64,000 nucleotides of DNA from positions 245,842-309,841 of the forward strand of contig OY969803.1 in NCBI GenBank assembly GCA_963703245.1, given 5' to 3'. Shown here in pieces: positions 1-7,906 of the stretch (positions within the stretch are counted from its first letter, which is position 1; every line of letters begins with the position of its first letter). A model generated the notes under the pieces. The model was given only the letters and a program-made list of their open reading frames with translations, was not told the origin of the DNA and ran no database searches. This DNA comes from an uncultured bacterium (GTDB lineage: Bacteria; Patescibacteriota; Minisyncoccia; Minisyncoccales; CAVTZN01). The position numbers and the translations under genes are program-made.

Positions 1-1
1 A

Positions 2-1093
2 AAAAGCCCTCAGAAAATAAAAGAGATTCTTAAAAAAGAAATAATCGAACTGAAAACAAAATATGGCGACGAAAGAAAAACGAAGATCTTTACCCAAAAA
101 ATCGGCGAAATTTCCGAAGAAGATTTGATCCCCCAAGAAGAAACAATTATTACTTTAACACAAGGCGGTTATGTTAAAAGGATCAACCCCTCTGCTTATA
201 AACTTCAAAAGCGGGGAGGCAAAGGAATGATAGGAATGAAAACCCTTCAGGACGATGTTATCGAACATTTTTTGCCGGCGATGACTCACGATTCTCTATT
301 GTTTTTTACTGATTCCGGGAAAGTTTTTAGAACCCAGGTTTACGAAATCCCCGAAGGGGCCAGAGTAGCCAGAGGCCGAGGGCTTTTGAACTTTTTGGAA
401 ATTTCTTCGGAAGAAAAAATTCTCAATCTTTTGCCGATTGGAAAACAAGACATTGAAGAGGGAGTAAAGCATTTAATTATGGTGACCAAGGATGGTATAA
501 TAAAGAAAACGGAAATCAATGAATTTGATAACGTTAGAAGGTCGGGACTAATCGCCATTACTCTTAAAAGGGGAGATATTTTAAGGCAAGTCCAGAAGAC
601 AAGCGGAAACGACGAGATAATTTTGGTTACTAAAAAAGGACAATCAATCCGTTTCAAGGAAAACACAATAAGGACAATGGGTCGTTCAGCGGCAGGAATA
701 AAAGGAGTCAGACTGGCAAGGGGAGATGAAGTTGTAGGCATGGATATCATAAAAACAAAAAAACAGGATTCAAAAAACCAGAAAGACGGAAGGCAATATT
801 TATTGGTAGTTAGCGAAAACGGCTTTGGCAAAAGAACGGATCTTAAAGAATATAAATTGCAAGGAAGAGGCGGATCGGGGATAAAAACAGTAAAATTAAC
901 CGAAAAAACAAAAGATTTGGTGGCTTCGAGGGTTTTAACCGGCGAAGAAGAAGATTTAATTGTTATTTCTCAAAAGGGGCAGGTTATAAGGACCACTATT
1001 ATCTCTATTCCGGTGCTCAGTCGCTCTACTCAGGGAGTAAGGATTATGAAATTAGAAGAGGGAGATCGTATTGCTTCAGCAACTTGCATATAA
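2..1093 (+). CDS. gyrA: DNA gyrase subunit A, C-terminal part (5' end lies outside the window)
   Basis: The frame is open from the window edge. It reads ...KYGDERKTKIF..EEDLIPQEETIITLTQGGYVKR, followed by repeated blade-like segments (RGGKG, RGGSGIK) typical of the GyrA C-terminal domain. Track ORF 125..1093 is the in-frame tail. Confidence 0.85.
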   Translation, partial: KSPQKIKEILKKEIIELKTKYGDERKTKIFTQKIGEISEEDLIPQEETIITLTQGGYVKRINPSAYKLQKRGGKGMIGMKTLQDDVIEHFLPAMTHDSLLFFTDSGKVFRTQVYEIPEGARVARGRGLLNFLEISSEEKILNLLPIGKQDIEEGVKHLIMVTKDGIIKKTEINEFDNVRRSGLIAITLKRGDILRQVQKTSGNDEIILVTKKGQSIRFKENTIRTMGRSAAGIKGVRLARGDEVVGMDIIKTKKQDSKNQKDGRQYLLVVSENGFGKRTDLKEYKLQGRGGSGIKTVKLTEKTKDLVASRVLTGEEEDLIVISQKGQVIRTTIISIPVLSRSTQGVRIMKLEEGDRIASATCI

Positions 1094-1097
1094 TTTT

Positions 1098-1616
1098 ATG
1101 CAGAACTTTCTTAATCCAAATGAAATTTTAAATAAATTAGAACTTCAGGAAGATATGATCGCTGCTGATTTTGGCTGTGGCAGTGGAGGTTGGGTTATCC
1201 CTTTATCAAAAATTTTGAAAAATGGAAAAGTTTATGCCATTGATGTTCAAGAAGAAATGATTTCTGCCCTAAAGGGGAAGGCAGAAATAGAGAAGATTTT
1301 TAATATCGAAACTAAAAGAGAAAATTTAGAGAAAGGTTCGGGCCTCAGGGAAAATATTTTAGATTTAGTTTTGATGACCAATCTTTTGTTCCAGCTCGAT
1401 AATAAAAAAGGAATTATTTCCGACGCTAAAAAAGTTTTAAAATCAGGAGGAAAAATTTTAGTAATAGACTGGCTAAAAGATTCCCCTTTTGGACCGAAAG
1501 AAGGCAGAATCTCAATAGAAGAAGTTAAAAATCAGGCAAAAGATATTGGCTTTAAAATTGGGAAGGAATTTTCCGCCAGTCCATATCACTGGGGATTAAT
1601 ATTAAAAAAGGATTAA
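1098..1616 (+). CDS. Class I SAM-dependent methyltransferase
   Basis: DFGCGSGGW glycine-rich SAM-binding motif in a protein of about 170 aa. The start was moved to ATG 1098, directly after the gyrA stop (1091..1093), because the track start at 1071 overlaps gyrA. Confidence 0.7.
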   Translation: MQNFLNPNEILNKLELQEDMIAADFGCGSGGWVIPLSKILKNGKVYAIDVQEEMISALKGKAEIEKIFNIETKRENLEKGSGLRENILDLVLMTNLLFQLDNKKGIISDAKKVLKSGGKILVIDWLKDSPFGPKEGRISIEEVKNQAKDIGFKIGKEFSASPYHWGLILKKD

Positions 1617-1675
1617 TTTTTTAAGGTGTGGGGATTGAAAGCTTTAGTCTTTTATGATAGCTTTAATTAAGATTT

Positions 1676-2020
1676 ATGAAATTAACTTCCTTTAAAATTA
1701 CAATTCTTTTAGGCGTTCTGTTTTTAACAGCAGCGCCCTTTATCACCGAAGCCGCAACAATTCAGAACCCTTTAAAGGCCCAGTCTTTTGAAGAATTGAT
1801 AAATACGATTATTAATTTCATTGTCACTATTGGAGTAGTAGTGGCTCCAATTGTCATTTTATATGCTGGATTTCTAATCCTGACTTCCGGTGGAGAACCA
1901 GAAAAAGTAAAAAACGCCAAAAATCTTATTTTATACTGTTTAGTGGGCTTGGGAATTTTATTTTTAGGTAAAGGATTAATTTCAGTTATCAAAGATCTTT
2001 TTCAAGTTCAAGGTTCTTAA
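1676..2020 (+). CDS. Small secreted two-TM protein, TrbC/VirB2-like 'T4SS pilin' family as annotated in CPR genomes
   Basis: Signal peptide, then an NPLKAQSFEELI motif, then two hydrophobic helices separated by GGEPEKVKNAK. The protein is 114 aa and is a paralog of 2115..2456. Confidence 0.6.
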   Translation: MKLTSFKITILLGVLFLTAAPFITEAATIQNPLKAQSFEELINTIINFIVTIGVVVAPIVILYAGFLILTSGGEPEKVKNAKNLILYCLVGLGILFLGKGLISVIKDLFQVQGS

Positions 2021-2114
2021 TAATATTAAAGGTCGATCCCTTCGGCAGGCTCAAAATTGATGCTGAGTCGGGTCGAAGCATCGAAAAATAAAAATATAAA
2101 AAATAAAAAAATAG

Positions 2115-2456
2115 ATGAAAAAAGCAATAGTTTTAATCCTTCTTTCAGTTTTCGTTGCCTTTCCTGTTTTTGCTCAAATTACTGGAGTGATAACTCCTCC
2201 AGAAAAAATAAAAAGTTTTGAAGATGTTTTGGCTTTAGCAAATAACATTATCAATTATATTTTTACTGCTTTATTAGTGATGGCTGTTATTTTTATTCTG
2301 ATTTCTGCTTTCAATTGGTTGACTGCTGCTGGTGATACAGTTAAAACAGGAAAAGCGAGAGATCAGTTGATGTATGCTGTTATCGCTTTAGCTGTAGGAG
2401 CCTTAGCTAAAGGATTAGTTTATATGGTCTCCCGCTTGTTAGGCGTACAGATATAA
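2115..2456 (+). CDS. Small secreted two-TM protein, TrbC/VirB2-like 'T4SS pilin' family (paralog)
   Basis: Same architecture as 1676..2020: signal peptide, KSFEDVLALANNIINYIF, two TM helices and an AAGDTVKTGKARD loop. Confidence 0.6.
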   Translation: MKKAIVLILLSVFVAFPVFAQITGVITPPEKIKSFEDVLALANNIINYIFTALLVMAVIFILISAFNWLTAAGDTVKTGKARDQLMYAVIALAVGALAKGLVYMVSRLLGVQI

Positions 2457-2478
2457 TGTTTTAAAATTTCTTAATTGC

Positions 2479-2515
2479 CTCAATCACAGAAAACCTGTGA
2501 TTGAGTGTTGTTTTT
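2479..2515 (+). terminator. Rho-independent terminator after the second pilin-like gene
   Basis: CTCAATCACAG-AAAAC-CTGTGATTGAG, an 11-bp perfect stem followed by TGTTGTTTTT. Confidence 0.7.
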
Positions 2516-2548
2516 AAAATATTCTTTATGATAAAACCTTACTTTTTT

Positions 2549-2728
2549 GTCGGAGTGGCGGAATGACAGACGCGTACCGCACGAATTTTGCCGAGGTGGC
2601 GAAACTGGGAAACGCGTAGGACTTAGGATCCTATGCCGAAAGGCTTGTGGGTTCAACTCCCACCCTCGGCATAAAAATTTTGGTGCGGGATAGAGAAACC
2701 TATTAGAGTTCGACTCTCTCCCCAGATA
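2549..2728 (+). other. Degenerate type-II tRNA-like halves enclosing tRNA-Leu(UAG)
   Basis: The 5' flank is GTCGGAG-TG-GCG-GAATGACAGA-CGC-G-TACCG. The 3' flank is CGGGA-TAGAGAAACCTAT-TAGAG-TTCGACT-CTCTC-CCCAGAT-A. The two halves pair imperfectly with each other; see findings. Confidence 0.4.
2590..2671 (+). tRNA. tRNA-Leu (anticodon UAG), type II, no encoded CCA
   Basis: Hand fold: acceptor GCCGAGG/CCTCGGC, D stem GCG/CGC, anticodon stem TAGGA/TCCTA, loop CTTAGGA, long variable arm TGCCGAAAGGCTT, T arm GTGGG-TTCAACT-CCCAC, discriminator A. Confidence 0.9.
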
Positions 2729-2786
2729 CTTCTTAGATAGACAGATTTTTAAAGGTTTGTAGATTCAGATCCTGTCAGAGACATAA

Positions 2787-2817
2787 CAAAAACTACCGTT
2801 TTACAGGGTAGTTTTTT
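2787..2817. terminator. Bidirectional terminator (tRNA-Leu on +, hsp20 on -)
   Basis: AAAAACTACC-GTTTTACAG-GGTAGTTTTTT: a hairpin flanked by an A run and a T run, between convergent transcription units. Confidence 0.6.
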
Positions 2818-2842
2818 AATTATCTCTAACTATATCTATTCT

Positions 2843-3355
2843 TTATTCTTTCACCGATATCTTTCGTTTTCTCTCTTTTCCAATTTTTGGTATTTTAATT
2901 GTTAAAACCCCTTCTTTCATTTCAGCCTCAACTCTTGAGCCGTCAACTTCGGCGGGTAAAATTATCTGCCTTGTAAAAGGGCCCCAGTAGCACTCCTGAT
3001 AGAAATAATCTTTTGGCGTTCCAGAGACAACATCATCAACCGGCCTTTCTCTTTCCCCTTTTATTGTAACCACATCATTTTCAATCATAATATCAAGATT
3101 TTGGGGATTAACTCCAGCAATGGCTGATTGAATAAAAATATAACCGTCTGTCTGATAGACATCAACAACTAACTGGCCTTCTTGCTCGAACCAGTCCTTT
3201 GACTTTTCTTCAGCACCTGTTTGAGAAGGAGGGGGAGCGGGGAAATCAGAATCTGTTTTTGTTTTTTCTATCTTCTTCGTTTTTCTTTTTGCAGTTTTTT
3301 GTTCTTCTATTTTCTCCACTTCAGAATCCTTTTTAATTTTTCCAAAAAAAGACAT
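2843..3355 (-). CDS. Hsp20 / alpha-crystallin family small heat-shock protein
   Basis: The C-terminal alpha-crystallin domain reads LVVDVYQTDGYIFIQSAIAGV...VVTIKGERE...EMKEGVLTIKIPK. The N-terminus is lysine-rich. Confidence 0.8.
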   Translation of the reverse strand: MSFFGKIKKDSEVEKIEEQKTAKRKTKKIEKTKTDSDFPAPPPSQTGAEEKSKDWFEQEGQLVVDVYQTDGYIFIQSAIAGVNPQNLDIMIENDVVTIKGERERPVDDVVSGTPKDYFYQECYWGPFTRQIILPAEVDGSRVEAEMKEGVLTIKIPKIGKERKRKISVKE

Positions 3356-3372
3356 AATTTTAATTTATTATT

Positions 3373-4110
3373 TTATTTATTTTTAATTTTTGAAGGTAAA
3401 TTAGGAAAACAGATACTTTTTAACTTTAGTAATTTTTTTAAAGCAAAAGAAACAAAAATCGCTAGTCCAATCAAGATTATTATCGGCATTGCAAATTTTA
3501 AATTTCCTTCTACCTCCATTATAGAAAAATTATATAAGCCGTGCAAGAGAACAATGATAGAAAAGCCCAAAATAAAGAATTTCCACTTTTTAATTCTACA
3601 GAAAGAAAGGGCCAAGAAGTATCCTAAAAATCCCGAACAAAGGGCATGTAAAAAAGTGGCGCCGATAAATCGGAAAGAGCTGATTGTGAAAGTTTCAAAA
3701 AAATTAAACTGAGAAATATTAGGAATGGGAGATAAAATTAAAAGATTTTCGGTGGCGGCAAACCCCAAAGCGGCAATTATCATATAGAGCATTGCGTCAA
3801 TCGGTTCGTCAAATTCTGGATGAGATAAAACCTTAAATTTAACTACCAAATATTTAAAAATCTCCTCAACCAAAGCCACTATCAGGAAAGCGCTTAAAAT
3901 AGAAAATAAAATTGATGATTTAATTAAATTTAGGAGAACTTGAAAAAGCCCCGCCTCAATTAGAGCAGCGGGAATAGCAGCTAACATTCCGAAGAAAAAA
4001 ATAATTAAAATCATCCGGTTTGATTCGGGATGGACATCTTTCCTAAGAAAAAATAATAGCCAAATAATACTTGGAGCAAGCGCAAAAAAAATATATACAA
4101 TATAAATCAT
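3373..4110 (-). CDS. PrsW-family intramembrane metalloprotease
   Basis: Polytopic membrane protein with VEEIFKY (the EExxK motif), FLHALCSG and LLHGLYN motifs characteristic of PrsW/YpdC. Confidence 0.65.
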   Translation of the reverse strand: MIYIVYIFFALAPSIIWLLFFLRKDVHPESNRMILIIFFFGMLAAIPAALIEAGLFQVLLNLIKSSILFSILSAFLIVALVEEIFKYLVVKFKVLSHPEFDEPIDAMLYMIIAALGFAATENLLILSPIPNISQFNFFETFTISSFRFIGATFLHALCSGFLGYFLALSFCRIKKWKFFILGFSIIVLLHGLYNFSIMEVEGNLKFAMPIIILIGLAIFVSFALKKLLKLKSICFPNLPSKIKNK

Positions 4111-4154
4111 AATTTTGAGCGAAGCGAAAAATTATATGCTCTGCCTATAACAAA

Positions 4155-6221
4155 TTAATTAGGCCAATCCTCTACCATTAAACTTATTTTTTTGTTTTTT
4201 ATTGAAAATTTTTGGTAAATTTCTTCAGTGATAAAAGGCATAAAAGGATGTAAAAGTTTTAGAGAAGTTAAAAGTACGTAAACTAGTATTTGTTGAGTTT
4301 CTTTAGGGTTTTGTTTTTTTGATGCTTCAATATACTTATCACAAAAATCATGCCAGAAAAAATCATATAATCTTTGACTGGCTCTTCCAATTTGAAAACC
4401 ATCAAAATCTTTATTAATAGATTTTATTACATCATTTAAACTTTTTAAAATTCTTTTATCTGCCGGCGTCAGCTTTTTTGATTTTAAAATTCGTGATTTG
4501 TTTTGAATTTTTAAATTTGAGTTCGGAAGCTGTAATAAAACGAATCTGCTGGCATTCCAAATTTTATTACAGAATTTTCTGCCCATTATTATTGTTTCTT
4601 CTGAAAAACGAATATCCTGAAGGCTTGTAATTTGCCAAGCTATTCCAAATCGAGTACTGTCTGCTCCATATTTTTCAATTAGATTAATCGGATCAATGCC
4701 AGTCCCTAGAGATTTTGACATTCTTTTTCCTTCTTTTGTTAGAACAGTGGCGTGAATATAGACTTTGTCAAAAGGGATTTTTTTCATAAATTCCAAGCCA
4801 GAAAAAATCATTCTCGCTATCCAAAGATTGATGATTCCTCGATCACTAGAAAGGATATTAGTTGGATAAAAAGTTTTTAAATCATTTGTTTTTGATGGCC
4901 AGCCGAGAGTAGCGAAAGGCCACAAAGCAGAAGAAAACCAAGTATCTAAAACATCATCTACCTCGGGAAGGGGGATTTTATGACCCCACCAAAGCTGGCG
5001 AGAAATACACCAGTCTTTTATATTATTTAACCAATTAAAATAAATTTTTTCCCATTTTTTCGGATAAAATTTTATTTGCCCATTTTCTACTGGCCTTTTT
5101 GCCATTTCAGCGAGTTTATCCATTTTTAAGAACCATTGTTCAGATGGTAAAAGCTCAATAATAGTTTTACAGCGATCGCAATGCGGCACCTCATGGACAT
5201 ATTCTTCAATTTTTTCCAATAGTCCAAGATTTTTTAAATCTTCAACAATTTTTTGGCGAGCCTCATTAATATTAAGCCTTTGATAAGTCAGAGGCGCTTC
5301 ATTGGTTATTTTTCCTTTCTCATTTATAACCTGGATAATTTCCAAATTATGTCTTAATCCAATTTCATAATCAGTCAAATCATGAGCGGGGGTTATTTTT
5401 ACTGCTCCTGTGCCAAATTTTGGGTCAACTATCTTATCAGTAATTATTGATATCTCTTTATTAACCAAAGGAAGAATAACTTTTTTCCCAACGAAATTTT
5501 TGTATCTGATATCTGTAGGATTTACCGCTATCGCAGCATCTCCCAGCATTGTTTCTGGCCTGGTGGTGGCAACAGTAATATATTTTTTAAATTCATTTTT
5601 AAAATGATAACGAATATACCACAAATTTCCTTTTTCTTCCTGATAATCCAATTCCAAATCAGATAAAGAAGTCCCGCATCTTGGGCACCAATTTATTGCT
5701 CTTTTCCCCTTATAAATCCAGCCCTTTTTATAATAATGAGAAAAAGCTTCATTTACGGCTTTAGCATAATTTTTATCTAAAGTGAAGGTTGTTCTTGACC
5801 AATCCAAGGAGCAGCCTATTTTTTTTAATTGCTCCAAAATAATATTTCCATAATTAATTTTCCACTGCCAAATCCTTTCAATAAATTTTTCTCGACCTAA
5901 ATCAAAACGAGTCAACCCTTCCTTTTTTAATTCTTTTTCAACAACGTTTTGGGTAGAGATACCAGCATGATCAATCCCCGGAAGCCAAAGAGTTTTATAT
6001 CCTTGCAGCCGTTTCCAGCGGATTTGAATATCTTGAATCGTAGCGTTTAAAGCATGGCCCATATGGAGAACGCCAGTAATATTCGGCGGAGGAAGAACAA
6101 TCGTAAAAGTTTTCTTTCTTTTGCCTGGCAGTTTATCTGGATTAAAAAAACCCGACTTTTGCCAGAGACGGTAGATTTTAGTTTCTACTTTTTTCGGGTC
6201 ATACACTTTCGAAAGATTCAT
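4155..6221 (-). CDS. valS: Valyl-tRNA synthetase (short form, 688 aa)
   Basis: PPPNITGVLHMGHA (HIGH), TTRPETMLGDAAIAVNP (ValRS editing-domain signature), WCISRQLWWGH and RMSKSLG (KMSKS). The usual C-terminal coiled-coil is absent. Confidence 0.85.
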   Translation of the reverse strand: MNLSKVYDPKKVETKIYRLWQKSGFFNPDKLPGKRKKTFTIVLPPPNITGVLHMGHALNATIQDIQIRWKRLQGYKTLWLPGIDHAGISTQNVVEKELKKEGLTRFDLGREKFIERIWQWKINYGNIILEQLKKIGCSLDWSRTTFTLDKNYAKAVNEAFSHYYKKGWIYKGKRAINWCPRCGTSLSDLELDYQEEKGNLWYIRYHFKNEFKKYITVATTRPETMLGDAAIAVNPTDIRYKNFVGKKVILPLVNKEISIITDKIVDPKFGTGAVKITPAHDLTDYEIGLRHNLEIIQVINEKGKITNEAPLTYQRLNINEARQKIVEDLKNLGLLEKIEEYVHEVPHCDRCKTIIELLPSEQWFLKMDKLAEMAKRPVENGQIKFYPKKWEKIYFNWLNNIKDWCISRQLWWGHKIPLPEVDDVLDTWFSSALWPFATLGWPSKTNDLKTFYPTNILSSDRGIINLWIARMIFSGLEFMKKIPFDKVYIHATVLTKEGKRMSKSLGTGIDPINLIEKYGADSTRFGIAWQITSLQDIRFSEETIIMGRKFCNKIWNASRFVLLQLPNSNLKIQNKSRILKSKKLTPADKRILKSLNDVIKSINKDFDGFQIGRASQRLYDFFWHDFCDKYIEASKKQNPKETQQILVYVLLTSLKLLHPFMPFITEEIYQKFSIKNKKISLMVEDWPN

Positions 6222-6283
6222 ACAAACTTATTTTATCATCTTATTGATTTTTTTCAATTTTTAAGTTAAAATTTAAATTGTTT

Positions 6284-6358
6284 GGCCCTGTCGTCTAGCC
6301 CGGTCCAGGACACCAGGTTTTCATCCTGGTAACACGGGTTCAAATCCCGTCGGGGCTA
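6284..6358 (+). tRNA. tRNA-Glu (anticodon UUC), no encoded CCA
   Basis: Same layout as E. coli tRNA-Glu: acceptor GGCCCTG/CGGGGCT (two G-U pairs), anticodon stem CCAGG/CCTGG, loop TTTTCAT, T arm ACGGG-TTCAAAT-CCCGT. Confidence 0.85.
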
Positions 6359-6369
6359 CATATAATAAA

Positions 6370-7905
6370 ATGGAAATAGATTATCTTAAAATTGGCAAAG
6401 CTTCCGATTTGAAAAGCTCGAAAGACCGAGCTCTTTTTCGTTTTTTCGAGATTTTGCCAGGCGTTTTATCTTTCGGGACTATATTTTTAGCAATTTTTCT
6501 TTCCTGGTTAAAACCAGTTTGGATTTCTTTTTTTATTATTTTATTCGCTATCTACTGGCTTATTCGGACCCTTTATTTTTCTTTCCACCTTAGGGCAACT
6601 TACAAAAAAATGAAAGAACATGAAAAAATTGATTGGATAGAAAAACTGAATAATCTGAAACAGGAAAACTGGCAAAATATCTATCATTTAATAATTTTTC
6701 CGATGTATAAAGAACCTTTAGAGATTGTACGAGAAACTTTTTTCGCCCTACTCAGCACCGATTATCCAAAAAATAAGATGATTGTTGTTTTGGCCTGCGA
6801 AGAAAAAACTAGAGATTCCAGTCAGATTGTAGCAGAAGCGATGGGAAAAGAATTTAGCGGAAAATTTTTTAAATTTCTTATAACTTGGCATCCAAATAAT
6901 TTAGTTGGAGAAATTACCGGAAAAGGCTCGAATGAAACTTGGGCGACCCGTCAGGTAAAAGAATTAATAATTGACCAATTAAAAATCCCTTATCAAAACA
7001 TTATCGTTTCTTCTTTTGATGTTGATACGGCAGTTTCCCCGAAATATTTTAGTTGTTTATCTTATCATTATTTAATTTCTGAAAAACCAAATAAAACCAG
7101 TTTCCAGCCAGTTCCTCTTTTTATAAATAATATCTGGCAAGCTTCTCCTCTTTCTCGAGTATTCGCCTTTTCAACAACTTTTTGGCAAATGATGTGCCAA
7201 GAAAGGCCGGAAAAACTAATCACTTTTTCTTCCCATTCGATGAGTTTTAAGGCTTTGGTTGATGTTGATTTCAAGCAGGTGAATGTTGTTTCCGATGATT
7301 CCAGAATTTTCTGGCAGTGTTTTCTAAGATATAAAGGAGATTATAAGGTTCAACCTCTTTATTATCCGTTATCTATGGACGCAAATGTGGCAAAAAGTTT
7401 TTGGCGAACACTGATAAATATTTACAAACAACAAAGAAGATGGGCTTATGGAGTGGGAGAGATACCTTATTTTATGTTTAATTTCTTAAAAAACAAAACA
7501 ATTCCTTTATCAAAAAAAATTCCCCTCGGATTTACCCTCTGGGAAGGACATTGGTCTTGGGCAACAAATTCAATAATTATCTTTTTATTGGGCTGGTTAC
7601 CTCTAGTTTTAGGGGGAAAGGGATTTGGTCAAACCCTTATTTCTTATAATCTACCCAAAATAACCAGCTGGATTTTGACCATAGCCATGGTGGGTTTGGT
7701 TTCGTCTGCTTATTTTAGTTTTATTTTATTGCCTCCCAAACCTCCGCAATACGGACGTTTTAAATATTTTATTGTAATTGTAGAATGGTTTTTAACCCCC
7801 CTAATTATGATATTTTTTACTTCAATTCCAGCACTAGATGCTCAAGCAAGATGGATGCTAGGAAAATATATGGGCTTTTGGGTGACGGAAAAAGTAAGAA
7901 AGTAA
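6370..7905 (+). CDS. Membrane glycosyltransferase family 2 (processive, cellulose-synthase-like)
   Basis: N- and C-terminal TM bundles, an SSFDVDT motif, and QQRRWAYG (QxxRW), the hallmark of processive GT2 enzymes. Confidence 0.65.
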   Translation: MEIDYLKIGKASDLKSSKDRALFRFFEILPGVLSFGTIFLAIFLSWLKPVWISFFIILFAIYWLIRTLYFSFHLRATYKKMKEHEKIDWIEKLNNLKQENWQNIYHLIIFPMYKEPLEIVRETFFALLSTDYPKNKMIVVLACEEKTRDSSQIVAEAMGKEFSGKFFKFLITWHPNNLVGEITGKGSNETWATRQVKELIIDQLKIPYQNIIVSSFDVDTAVSPKYFSCLSYHYLISEKPNKTSFQPVPLFINNIWQASPLSRVFAFSTTFWQMMCQERPEKLITFSSHSMSFKALVDVDFKQVNVVSDDSRIFWQCFLRYKGDYKVQPLYYPLSMDANVAKSFWRTLINIYKQQRRWAYGVGEIPYFMFNFLKNKTIPLSKKIPLGFTLWEGHWSWATNSIIIFLLGWLPLVLGGKGFGQTLISYNLPKITSWILTIAMVGLVSSAYFSFILLPPKPPQYGRFKYFIVIVEWFLTPLIMIFFTSIPALDAQARWMLGKYMGFWVTEKVRK

Positions 7906-7906
7906 A

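Noticed and set aside
340-831. 163-aa minus-strand ORF
   Set aside because: It lies entirely antisense to the well-supported gyrA frame and reads as a low-complexity shadow ORF with no motif.
2031-2093. GC-rich patch between the two pilin-like genes as another copy of the ligA/rpoB element
   Set aside because: It shares only a short CCTTCGGC-AGGCT-like core with the rpoB segment, which is too weak by eye to claim homology. It is kept only as a note under the pilin-pair finding.
3221-3712. 163-aa plus-strand ORF spanning the hsp20/prsW region
   Set aside because: It is antisense to two confidently assigned minus-strand genes and has Phe/Leu/Lys-rich composition typical of AT-rich shadow frames.
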